64,000 bases of DNA from the NCBI GenBank assembly GCA_965197475.1, contig CBDANF010000003.1, positions 864,001-928,000 on the forward strand, given 5' to 3'. This document shows, in pieces, positions 38,819 through 47,825 of the stretch. Made by a program: the position numbers and the translations under genes. How positions within the stretch are numbered: position 1 is the first letter of the stretch; every line of letters begins with the position of its first letter. This DNA comes from Candidatus Poribacteria bacterium. GTDB lineage: Bacteria > Poribacteria > WGA-4E > WGA-3G. The notes beneath the pieces were generated by a model. The model was not told the DNA's origin, did not search any database, and saw only the letters and a list, made by a program, of their open reading frames with translations.

Positions 38819-40753
38819 TTAGTCATCACTTTCCGCAGCGACTGCGGCTTCGCTGGGAACCGCCTGTTGCTTCTTTTTTTCACCCCACAAACCGAGCCAG
38901 AAAATAAACCCAACCAATGCGAAGAAGATTACCATTATGATCGCAACCATGTTTACGGCATCGCTCAGAGTAGGCGTGAAGGCATCGGGCGAAGTATCCT
39001 TCATAACACCAAAGATATGCCATCCCTCACGAAGGCCGGAGCGCGCATACCCCATCAAACCCATCAGCGAGGTAAAAGTAATTGCGAGCAGAATTAAAAC
39101 ATATTGAGACCTTTCTGTCATCTCTCCCCATTTGATAGTGCCTGATGTTGTTGCTTTTCGATACATAAAAATATCAATTATTGTCACGATAAACATAACA
39201 CTAAGTGCTATCATCACCTGCCAGGGTGTCAACACATTTTCGCGATAGAGGGGTGGAAGTTTCTTACTAAATCCAACGATACCGATAACGACAATTGAAA
39301 CCACGCCTAAAAAGAAAATTACCGAAATAATGATATTGCCCACGCTTTTCCAACTCGCCGTAGGTGTTTTACCGGAACGTCTATAAAAAAGAAAACTGAG
39401 GAAAGTTGTCAAAATAACGATATTTACCACAGTATTTTTGGCTGTCATCAACCCGAAAAATCCAAGGTGTGGATGGTTTGCCCCACCCATTGCACTCAGT
39501 TCAGATGCTGAGGAAATTGTTGATAGCGTCCGAGGAGTCATCCATACAGCCACACAGATTACAATGATTGCAATCATATATGGACGATAACGCGCATATT
39601 TCTCTGCCCCTTCAATTCTTCCCATCCCAGACCAAAGATAGTAGTTCGCACCTATAAAAAGCACACCAATCATTACCGCTTGAATGATAAATAGCCAAGA
39701 GAAGAGATTACCCATCATGTTGATGCCCATGGTGGTATCGAAATCATAGATTTCTTTACCTAACCAATAACCGGCGAAAGGCAGTGGAATCAGTCCGCAC
39801 AAAGCGATGAAGTTTCCGTTGTATCCCATCCAATCGTAGTGTGCTTTATCCTCTTTTGTTTTCGCAACGAGGTAGCGAAATGCAGCGTAAGCAGCCACAA
39901 TGGAACCGCCAAAAGCGATGTTTCCGATGAGACGATGAATATTGACAGGCATCCATGTAAAATTGTTGACTGCTTCCCAGACGTTCGCCAAGAATTCGCC
40001 TGTAGTTTCGTCGTGGAGTGAGATTACGGTTGCATCTATAACGCCTTCCAGTACTTCAGCGCGGGTTAATTCAGGATTCTGTGCTAAAGCTTGTTCTAAC
40101 CATGCTTCCTTGGTTTCATCAGATAACTTCCCGTATTGTGTCGCAGGACTTGTCTGATAGGTGAGCCACGTGTTTGAAACAAACATAATCGCAGTTCCCC
40201 ATACGTTTAAGAGAACACCGAGAAATAGGTGCCACCCTTTAAAACGTCCCTGCATCTTATCCCAACCGTAAGAATAGAGGTAAAGCGTAAACGTCTCTCC
40301 GAAAAACAAGACGACGTAGAAAATCATCGTCGGACCGAAGATTCCGCTCATCTTGCTCAATACTTTGGGATAACACCACACAAGGATAAAGACGAGAACG
40401 CCCCCAAGCAAAGCAGTCGTTGAAAATGCGCCCATACAGAGTTTGATAAACTCTTGTGCCATTCTGTCGTATCGTTCTTCCTTGGTCCGCCAACCGATAA
40501 ACTCAATGATAACAGCAAACATCGGCACACCAAGGATAAAGGAACCGAACAAAAGGTGCAGTTGTGCGGCAATCCAAGCAGCATTTCTGCTACCGATCTT
40601 CGGGAACGGACGGTATTCTGCATCCGTCATGTCTTCTGCAAATGCCGGCACAACTGCAAATAACACAAAACCGAGCAGCACAAAACCGAGTATGAGGTAG
40701 AGTCTCTTTTTAATAATAAGAGAGGAACAACAACGCATTTTCTTTTCTCGCAA
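38819..40753 (-). CDS. Cytochrome bd-like oxidase subunit I (CydA-like, Nitrospira/anammox type)
   Basis: QLHLLFGSFILGVP, RYDRMA, NIHRLIGN, GLMGYARSGLR; lacks the canonical GRQPW; many TM helices. Confidence 0.8.
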   Translation of the reverse strand: MREKKMRCCSSLIIKKRLYLILGFVLLGFVLFAVVPAFAEDMTDAEYRPFPKIGSRNAAWIAAQLHLLFGSFILGVPMFAVIIEFIGWRTKEERYDRMAQEFIKLCMGAFSTTALLGGVLVFILVWCYPKVLSKMSGIFGPTMIFYVVLFFGETFTLYLYSYGWDKMQGRFKGWHLFLGVLLNVWGTAIMFVSNTWLTYQTSPATQYGKLSDETKEAWLEQALAQNPELTRAEVLEGVIDATVISLHDETTGEFLANVWEAVNNFTWMPVNIHRLIGNIAFGGSIVAAYAAFRYLVAKTKEDKAHYDWMGYNGNFIALCGLIPLPFAGYWLGKEIYDFDTTMGINMMGNLFSWLFIIQAVMIGVLFIGANYYLWSGMGRIEGAEKYARYRPYMIAIIVICVAVWMTPRTLSTISSASELSAMGGANHPHLGFFGLMTAKNTVVNIVILTTFLSFLFYRRSGKTPTASWKSVGNIIISVIFFLGVVSIVVIGIVGFSKKLPPLYRENVLTPWQVMIALSVMFIVTIIDIFMYRKATTSGTIKWGEMTERSQYVLILLAITFTSLMGLMGYARSGLREGWHIFGVMKDTSPDAFTPTLSDAVNMVAIIMVIFFALVGFIFWLGLWGEKKKQQAVPSEAAVAAESDD

Positions 40754-40795
40754 CTGTTAGAATTACTTTATAAAGTCAAATAGGATCAAAAACAT

Positions 40796-41563
40796 CTATT
40801 TTTTCTTAGGCTTTTTAAAATCAGTGCTTTTGAAGTCCACCGAAATATCCCCACTTGCAGGCACTTCAACGGTTTTGTTTGCTGATCCGAGCGTTTCGTG
40901 CCATGCAATTACACGCGCTCTACCCGCTGGAACATCCTTTATACTATATTTGCCGGTGTCAGCAGACTTTTCGTAAGCATCCGGATGAATCCAGTTATCC
41001 TTATCATCTTTTTGCCCTGTTACTGTATAATAGTTACTACTAACAGCAACGATGTAACCACTCATCCAAGCATGAATATCACATGTCAACTTGATTGCTT
41101 CTGCTTTGGTGATTGTGTATGGGTAAACAGTCCCTTTTTGGGCAATCTGGATGTTAGGAGCTTCATTTTTCGCGGCATGTGAGTGAACATTATGCGCAAC
41201 TGGGTCACCAGAGGTAATATCAACGGTAGCACCTACAGGAACCACAAGAACATGGGGTAAATAACGGCAACCCTTCTGGTCAACTTTAGGATTTTCCTTT
41301 GGCATCTTTAGTTCTTGTTGTCCGCGAACGCGCGCATAAATCACAACATTCTGAATACCTTTTCCTTTTGAAACAACAAGTGCCTCTGATTTTGCACCTT
41401 TTGTAGCATCAATGCAGTGTTGTTCTTGCGTTTTAATTGTCAAGATTGGACGCGCTGGCGCATCGCCTTCATAGGTTACAGTTCCCGTGATATTTCCTGC
41501 ATAGGCAACACTTACCATTGTTCCACAAACAAGCAAGGCGATTATTGTCTTAAGATTTTTCAT
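40796..41563 (-). CDS. Exported cupredoxin-like protein, paralog of 33228-34022
   Basis: DQKGCRYLPHV, HNVH, CDIHAWM, VPAG. Confidence 0.75.
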   Translation of the reverse strand: MKNLKTIIALLVCGTMVSVAYAGNITGTVTYEGDAPARPILTIKTQEQHCIDATKGAKSEALVVSKGKGIQNVVIYARVRGQQELKMPKENPKVDQKGCRYLPHVLVVPVGATVDITSGDPVAHNVHSHAAKNEAPNIQIAQKGTVYPYTITKAEAIKLTCDIHAWMSGYIVAVSSNYYTVTGQKDDKDNWIHPDAYEKSADTGKYSIKDVPAGRARVIAWHETLGSANKTVEVPASGDISVDFKSTDFKKPKKK

Positions 41564-41641
41564 TGTTTTTCTCCTTATAGAATTCTTTATTTATTATATT
41601 AACACCTTAAGATTTGAAAAGGCAAACCGTTAAAAACAAAC

Positions 41642-41657
41642 ATCACGGATATCCGTG
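41642..41657. promoter_or_regulatory. Palindromic putative operator ATCACGGATATCCGTG (copy 1)
   Basis: The same 16-mer recurs at 47674; this copy is about 80 bp upstream of the start at 41563. Confidence 0.5.
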
Positions 41658-41661
41658 TGAA

Positions 41662-42018
41662 TTAAGGGCGGAAGGTCATCTTTATATATTCAAGAAGTTC
41701 CTGTTGCTCATCAACGTTAAGGTAGTAGTGAAAGGCGGGCATATCGTTTTTACCATCACGGATGCTTTTAAGTAGTTGCGCGTCGCCGTGCATCCCCCAC
41801 AAATTGATGTCGGTCAGGTCGGCAGGGTCTAATTTTTTGAAACGACCAATCCGTCCGTTGCCCTCACCACTGTTCCCATGGCATCCAGCACAGTATCTTA
41901 CATATTTGTATTCTATTTCTGTCCGATACTTCGTGCTGGGGTCAACTTGTTTCCCTAACCAGATGAACCCATTTAGCCACACAAAGATCATTACGATGAT
42001 GATAAGTAGATGTTTCAT
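41662..42018 (-). CDS. Small monoheme cytochrome c
   Basis: CAGCH, PADLT, DMPAF. Confidence 0.85.
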   Translation of the reverse strand: MKHLLIIIVMIFVWLNGFIWLGKQVDPSTKYRTEIEYKYVRYCAGCHGNSGEGNGRIGRFKKLDPADLTDINLWGMHGDAQLLKSIRDGKNDMPAFHYYLNVDEQQELLEYIKMTFRP

Positions 42019-42070
42019 ATAGGACGGAACCTCCCTCGGTAGGGTCGAATTGAATCCGTGCCTACACTCT

Positions 42071-45000
42071 TTAACGACCTAACGAAATCAGATAATCCCG
42101 AACCATTCTAATCTGCTTTTCGGCATCATCATCGGCATAACCCTCAACTGCCATGTGCTGTCCTCCGACGAGGGGCCATGCCTGCGGCATCGCAGTTCCG
42201 GGTTGGAACGTCTGCGGATCTTTCATCCAGTCAATAAGCCAATCTGCTTTAAGTCGTTGCTTCGCCATTGAGAGATCGGGTCTACCCGCTTTGTCGCTAC
42301 CATCAGGAATGACCTCGCCTATTGAAGGATGACATGAGTCGCATTTCAGTTCGTCAAAAATCTGTTTGCCAACTCGCAATTCCGCACTTGTAGACATAGG
42401 TGGTTCAAGCGTCTCATAAGGGAAAGGCTCATCGTCCAAAGTAGAGAAGTATTTAACAAGCGTAGTCGCTTCTTCATCTGACATACCGAATGTTGGCATA
42501 CGCACTTTGAGACCATAACGTATCTCGGAAGGCTCTTTGAGGAAATCAAACAACCAATCAGGATAAACTCTGGCACCTTCAGCTTTCAGGGTTGGTGGGG
42601 CAAACTGCTTCGCCGTGATCTCATCTAACCCTTCGTGTGGTATGATAACATCGCGGTAATAACTACCACCTTCACCTTCAATCTCATGGCACCCAGTACA
42701 GTTATATTTTTTGACGACTCGTCTGCCAGCATCAATTTGGTTCTGTTTCTCAACACGATGCGGTTCAACTGCATGCTCAAAGATATAATTGAGTGGGTAT
42801 TTCTGCGGTTGGAAACTTTTCAATAGCACGGCGATTGCCTTTGCGTCCTCGTCGTTGTCCTCATCGTTGAGTTTCTGGAAAACAGGCATACGTGAAACAA
42901 TCCGCCGCGTTTGGTAACGACGCGGGTTGGTAATCTTGCCAATTGTCCAAGCGTGCCAAGAATGGTGATCAATATCTACAGTGTCACCATAATCAAGTTC
43001 TTCAGCAAGTTTTGCACCGAATTCACCGAGATCAGCACCGACTTTGGATTCATTTTCAAACCCTGGTATTTCGTGGCAACCGAAGCACCCGTAAGTCCTA
43101 ACAAGTTTTTCACCTTCATCCGCATCTACTTTGCCTATTGAAGCAGTAACTGCAGTAGGTGTAGGTTTCTGTAGATTCATTAGATACGCTACGACGTTGT
43201 CAATTTCACTTTTGCTCAATCGCAAACTCGGCATAGCGGTATCAGGATCGTACGCTTTCGGATTTTCAATCCATTGCCGCAGATAGTTTGGTGTAACCTT
43301 TGCGCCAACACTGTCTAAAGCAGGGGCAAAATCCCTACCTAATTCGTCAACAGCATGGCATGTAAGGCATCCGACAGTTTTTACCGTCTCTTCGCCAGCC
43401 TGTATCGCACTTTCAGATTTAGAATATGTTCCCGGTGATTCATCTAAAGTTTGGTCGTTCATCTTCTGTGCGAGATATGCCGCAATAGATTTTACTTCGT
43501 CAACGACGCGTAAAACATCATCTTTCGGGTAGGGATATGTTGTGCCATCGTCTGTCTTTACAATGTAGCCTATGTCCGTTTCAGTGACAACCCCGGTGCG
43601 CTGTCCACCATTCTTAAAGTAAACGATTTGGCTCATCCCTTCTGCAGGGAAGAAGTTTGGCATAGTGGTATTCGGGAGATACGCTTCCGGTTTTTTTATC
43701 CAATTCTCAAGCCAAGCGACATCCTTCATTTTACTTCCGACCCTTTTTAGCGATGGTCCGACCTTCTCAATTTTTTCAAGCGCGCTGTATCCTTCTACTG
43801 CGTGGCATCCATGACATCCGAGGTCCTCAAAGAGTGCTAATCCTTTTGTAAGGTTCGGTGCATAGTCTACTGGTACGTTTGTTTCGGGATCCACGTCGAA
43901 ATCTAACTTCATTACACCGTCGTGGCAACGCCGACAGTTAGACTCCATGTATCCCTTTTTCTCTTCGGATGTTCTTTCCGTGACTATGCCTTTTTCGTCT
44001 TTGACTCTTTCCATCCCAAGCACAGGAGTAAGCCAGTACTCAGCATGCGTTAGCGCGTGGGAGGATTTTGCTGTCAATCCATGTCCTTGCCCGCCGTGGC
44101 AAGGCGTACAACCGAATCTTTTTACAGGATGTTTTGCAAGAAGTACATCACGATAGGGATGTGTTTGAAGGACCTGACGATACCCTGTTTTATAAGAAAT
44201 CTCTACTTCGCCAAAAACACCAGGGTCATTGAAAGTAAGGAGACCATTTTCTGACAATTCGTATTCATCTGCTTCAGTATCAAAGCCATCAATTACAATT
44301 GTCTCACTCCCAGGTTTAACTTTTGGATGTTTGAGTTGATATTTGACCAGATTTTCTCCATCGCCTTCAATTTCAAATGTCTCTTGCGCGTCGGTTTCAT
44401 AACCGCTCTTGTCAACTGCGAAATGACAAGTTTCACATCTATCAGCAGTATAATCAAACTCTTCAAGATAATATTGAACGATAGTGCGCGTCTCTCTAAA
44501 GGGGTTTTCCAGAAGACTGCCGAGGAAAGTTCGCTTAATACCACCGACATCCGCTAACTTCTCTTCAAGATGAGTTACAGCTTCATGTTGCGCTTTATTG
44601 GCTTCAAGGGATGCAAGTGCTTGTTGTGCTGCTGTAATACCATCAGCGATATCGGTATCTGTTGTCTTATATTTTTGTGCGACAAGGTAGGTGGAAAGTG
44701 CTTTGGCAGGGTCCCCACTGGTTTGATAAAAATCAGCAAGTGTTTTATTCGCATCCGCGAATTCAGTCTCAGCTTTAAGAATCGCAGATGTTAGTTCACC
44801 TTCAATTCGTCTTTCAAACTCATCTAATTTCTCTTTCCATTTTTGGACGGTTTCGGTGTTTTCCCCGTGTGCCTCGTGTAAACTATGTTGATATTTATAA
44901 TTAATCGCATCAGACTGGCTCTGTTCAAACTTGCGTTCTTGCATTGCCTCATTCAACTCAACCTGCTTTGTTTCCACAGCTTTTGTCAAGTTTCCCAACG

Positions 45001-45262
45001 CTTTCGCATCAATCTGAGGTTCGGAGGGTATTTCAGGCAAGTTTTTATTCGTATTTTCCAATTCTGCATTTGTCTTTTCATACTCATATTGATAGAAATC
45101 TTGTTGAATTTCTTTCCAAGGACGGCGGGTGATCATTTCATCCCAGAAACCCCATATCGTCACCAACCCTAACAGTGCTGACAGAATAAAGAACAAAACA
45201 GAATACGATTTATTTTCAGCGGGAATCTCTTTTTTGCTCCTCACGAAATCTATAACCTCCAA
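42071..45262 (-). CDS. Membrane-anchored octaheme cytochrome c of the Rieske/cytochrome b complex
   Basis: Eight CxxCH (CETCH, CTPCH, CRRCH, CHGCH, CLTCH, CFGCH, CTGCH, CDSCH); N-terminal TM helix plus coiled coil. Confidence 0.9.
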   Translation of the reverse strand: MEVIDFVRSKKEIPAENKSYSVLFFILSALLGLVTIWGFWDEMITRRPWKEIQQDFYQYEYEKTNAELENTNKNLPEIPSEPQIDAKALGNLTKAVETKQVELNEAMQERKFEQSQSDAINYKYQHSLHEAHGENTETVQKWKEKLDEFERRIEGELTSAILKAETEFADANKTLADFYQTSGDPAKALSTYLVAQKYKTTDTDIADGITAAQQALASLEANKAQHEAVTHLEEKLADVGGIKRTFLGSLLENPFRETRTIVQYYLEEFDYTADRCETCHFAVDKSGYETDAQETFEIEGDGENLVKYQLKHPKVKPGSETIVIDGFDTEADEYELSENGLLTFNDPGVFGEVEISYKTGYRQVLQTHPYRDVLLAKHPVKRFGCTPCHGGQGHGLTAKSSHALTHAEYWLTPVLGMERVKDEKGIVTERTSEEKKGYMESNCRRCHDGVMKLDFDVDPETNVPVDYAPNLTKGLALFEDLGCHGCHAVEGYSALEKIEKVGPSLKRVGSKMKDVAWLENWIKKPEAYLPNTTMPNFFPAEGMSQIVYFKNGGQRTGVVTETDIGYIVKTDDGTTYPYPKDDVLRVVDEVKSIAAYLAQKMNDQTLDESPGTYSKSESAIQAGEETVKTVGCLTCHAVDELGRDFAPALDSVGAKVTPNYLRQWIENPKAYDPDTAMPSLRLSKSEIDNVVAYLMNLQKPTPTAVTASIGKVDADEGEKLVRTYGCFGCHEIPGFENESKVGADLGEFGAKLAEELDYGDTVDIDHHSWHAWTIGKITNPRRYQTRRIVSRMPVFQKLNDEDNDEDAKAIAVLLKSFQPQKYPLNYIFEHAVEPHRVEKQNQIDAGRRVVKKYNCTGCHEIEGEGGSYYRDVIIPHEGLDEITAKQFAPPTLKAEGARVYPDWLFDFLKEPSEIRYGLKVRMPTFGMSDEEATTLVKYFSTLDDEPFPYETLEPPMSTSAELRVGKQIFDELKCDSCHPSIGEVIPDGSDKAGRPDLSMAKQRLKADWLIDWMKDPQTFQPGTAMPQAWPLVGGQHMAVEGYADDDAEKQIRMVRDYLISLGR

Positions 45263-45328
45263 GTCAGTCGATATTTTTGAACACGTTGAGAACAGAACGT
45301 TAATGTCTAATCTTTATGTCGTAAGAAA

Positions 45329-46195
45329 TTAGATGTTGAACCAAGGTGATACCCAAACGTATTTCACATTCAATGCCAAACGAAGAATCATTTTAATCGG
45401 CAGTGCCATCATACTTAAAAATAGAAATGAGACGATAACATATCTAATAAGTCCGAGTTCTTGTAAAAAGCGGCTACTTTTGCTTTTCCAGAAATAGAAA
45501 ATTGGTCCGAGCGCGAAATAACCTGCGATAACAGCAAACCCGAAGAAATTCGCTGTCATGTCATCGCGAATTCCGAAGAGGTAAGACAAGTTAACATTGG
45601 TTAGTGGTACGATTTTGTGCGGATCCCAATACTGCCACGGCATAAATATGTTCCATCCCGGACCTCTCAAAAAAGTCCCCACTATCATCAAGACAATCCA
45701 CAATATGATAAATCCGAAGCTGAACACTGCAAGCGCGAACGGCCGCTCCTTTATTGTATAATAGCCTTTTCCTTTAGGGTTGATGTCAATGTAGGGAATT
45801 GCTATAAGACCGGCAATTATGAGTCCGGGCAACACGACTCCTGCAATCCACGGATCAAAGTAGACCAACATCTCTTGAAGTGCAAGGAAGTACCAGGGGG
45901 CTTTGGAGGGATTCGGTGTTTTTGCAGGGTCACTCGGCTCCTCAAGCGGTGCGTCAATCATAATTGACCAAACGCCCAACACGAGCATCACGATTATCGC
46001 ACAGATAAATTCATTACGACACAGATATGGCCAAACATAAACCTTATCGTTTAGCACAGCATCCGAGGGGACACCTGTGCGGTCTGTCTGGCGCGCCTGT
46101 TTATATGATAGCCATAGGAAAAATGGTATCAAAAACAGAATAGCCAAAATCGGTACATTATCAGGTTTCGTTACCAGTAATAGAAAAAACTCCAT
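45329..46195 (-). CDS. Cytochrome b6 subunit IV-like (split cytochrome b C-terminal part)
   Basis: VWPYL, APLEEPSDPAKTPNPSKAPWYF (variant of the PEWY box), IPYIDINP. Confidence 0.85.
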   Translation of the reverse strand: MEFFLLLVTKPDNVPILAILFLIPFFLWLSYKQARQTDRTGVPSDAVLNDKVYVWPYLCRNEFICAIIVMLVLGVWSIMIDAPLEEPSDPAKTPNPSKAPWYFLALQEMLVYFDPWIAGVVLPGLIIAGLIAIPYIDINPKGKGYYTIKERPFALAVFSFGFIILWIVLMIVGTFLRGPGWNIFMPWQYWDPHKIVPLTNVNLSYLFGIRDDMTANFFGFAVIAGYFALGPIFYFWKSKSSRFLQELGLIRYVIVSFLFLSMMALPIKMILRLALNVKYVWVSPWFNI

Positions 46196-46254
46196 ATCTT
46201 ATTCCTATCTCTTTCTAAACGTAGATAATAACAATCACCGTTAATAATCAGATA

Positions 46255-47025
46255 TTATAGAGGTCCGGATATTCCGCCATCTTTACGGACACGCCAGAAA
46301 TGCAACGCCATCAGTAGACTTGCTACCAACGGAACAGCAACGCAATGCAAAATATAGAACCGTAACAAAGTTGACGGACCGACGATTGTGCCGCCAAGCA
46401 ACGCAAACCGCACATCGTTCGCTTGTGTAATATCAGGTGGCGCGAAAGGACCTTCATGTCCCAAAACAGGTGTGGCACGTGCCATGTTCGTTCCGACCGT
46501 AACTGCCCAATATGCAAGCTGGTCCCACGGAAGCAAGTAGCCAGTGAAACTCAAAAAAAATGTAATGAGCAACAAAATAACACCGACTGCCCAGTTAAAC
46601 TCACGCGGTTTTTTATAGGAACCTGTCAAAAAGACTCTGAACATGTGAAGCATTACTGAAATAACCATACCGTGTGCAGCCCAGCGGTGCATATTACGTA
46701 GGAGCATACCGAATGGTATGTCAAATTCAAGTGCCTGCACATCGCGGAATGCGTATTCGGCAGTTGGGCGGTAGTAAAACATTAACAGTACGCCTGTGAC
46801 AGCGGTCACGAGGAACATCAGAAAGGTGATTCCACCCATACACCATGTGAATCGGAAGTTAAGTGCGTGGCGAGAAATGCGCGGCGGATGCAAATGCAAC
46901 CATACGTTTTGCAGAACCTGTAATGTGTAACGGCGACCAATGTTTTCGTAACCGTGTCGGAAAATAGACTTCCAAATATCGGAATTTGTAATCTTTTCTT
47001 TTAGTCCTTTGCGTTCTTCGTTCAT
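46255..47025 (-). CDS. petB: Cytochrome b6-like subunit (cytochrome b N-terminal part)
   Basis: WCMGG (heme ci Cys), RNMHRWAAH, LHMFRV, YKKPREFNW, TGYLLPWDQ, RFYILH, GISGPL. Confidence 0.92.
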   Translation of the reverse strand: MNEERKGLKEKITNSDIWKSIFRHGYENIGRRYTLQVLQNVWLHLHPPRISRHALNFRFTWCMGGITFLMFLVTAVTGVLLMFYYRPTAEYAFRDVQALEFDIPFGMLLRNMHRWAAHGMVISVMLHMFRVFLTGSYKKPREFNWAVGVILLLITFFLSFTGYLLPWDQLAYWAVTVGTNMARATPVLGHEGPFAPPDITQANDVRFALLGGTIVGPSTLLRFYILHCVAVPLVASLLMALHFWRVRKDGGISGPL

Positions 47026-47087
47026 TATCTTCCTTTTTTAGTCTGATGATGCGCTGCATCTCCTCAGACGCGATTCTACCCCCTGAA

Positions 47088-47573
47088 TTAGACTTTCAAA
47101 GATGCGCCAGGGTCGCCCCATTGCCCTTTTTCACCTAAAAACTTAATTGATTTATCAATTTGAAGTTGTCCATCCTCGGCCAAGGTAATTTTCACACGTT
47201 CAAGCGGACGTGGTGCGGGTCCTTCATAATTAATCCCGTCACGGTCAAAACCGCTGCCATGGCAAGGACACTTGAATTTACTTTCAGAACCGAGCCAACG
47301 GGGTGTGCACCCCAAATGCGTGCAGGTTGTTAGAAGTGCGTAAAATATGCCATCCTCACGCCGTACAATCCAAACGCCAAAAGGCTCTTTTTTATATTTT
47401 TCGCTAACACTACCCGATGGATATTCTGCAGGAAAACCCGCTTTAAAAACAGATGAAGGTTCATACAGAACCCGCGGATAGAGATACCGCACTAACCCTG
47501 GACCGAAACATAATCCGAGTGCTGCTGTAAAACTCCCCCAACCGAGGGATTTGAAAAATTTACGTCGAGACAA
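47088..47573 (-). CDS. petC: Rieske iron-sulfur subunit
   Basis: Tat-like SRRKFF, CTHLGC, CPCHGS, GPAPRPL. Confidence 0.93.
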   Translation of the reverse strand: MSRRKFFKSLGWGSFTAALGLCFGPGLVRYLYPRVLYEPSSVFKAGFPAEYPSGSVSEKYKKEPFGVWIVRREDGIFYALLTTCTHLGCTPRWLGSESKFKCPCHGSGFDRDGINYEGPAPRPLERVKITLAEDGQLQIDKSIKFLGEKGQWGDPGASLKV

Positions 47574-47674
47574 CGTTTATGCCCCCTATCTACGAGTTAC
47601 AAATATTTATTTGTAAAAGTATATCACAATATAGAATTCTTTGCACGAAATTTGACCGCTTTAAAATTACTTTA

Positions 47675-47690
47675 TCACGGATATCCGTGA
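47675..47690. promoter_or_regulatory. Perfect palindrome TCACGGATATCCGTGA upstream of the respiratory operon (copy 2)
   Basis: About 100 bp upstream of the Rieske start; the minus strand has an extended -10-like TGaTATACT at 47618-47626. Confidence 0.55.
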
Positions 47691-47825
47691 ATTTTTGCGG
47701 TGTTGAAAATCGGCAAATGTGTTGCGGAAAGCGTCTCTTGACAAGCAATAGAAGCGAAGATTTCTAAGCAGAAGATCTGTGGCTTGGATAGAAAATGGGA
47801 CGAGTAGTCACCCGCCCCTCCATTT

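Noticed and set aside
34178-40753. Nitrite oxidation or anammox capacity
   Set aside because: No molybdopterin catalytic subunit or hydrazine enzymes in the window; the similarity covers accessory subunits only.
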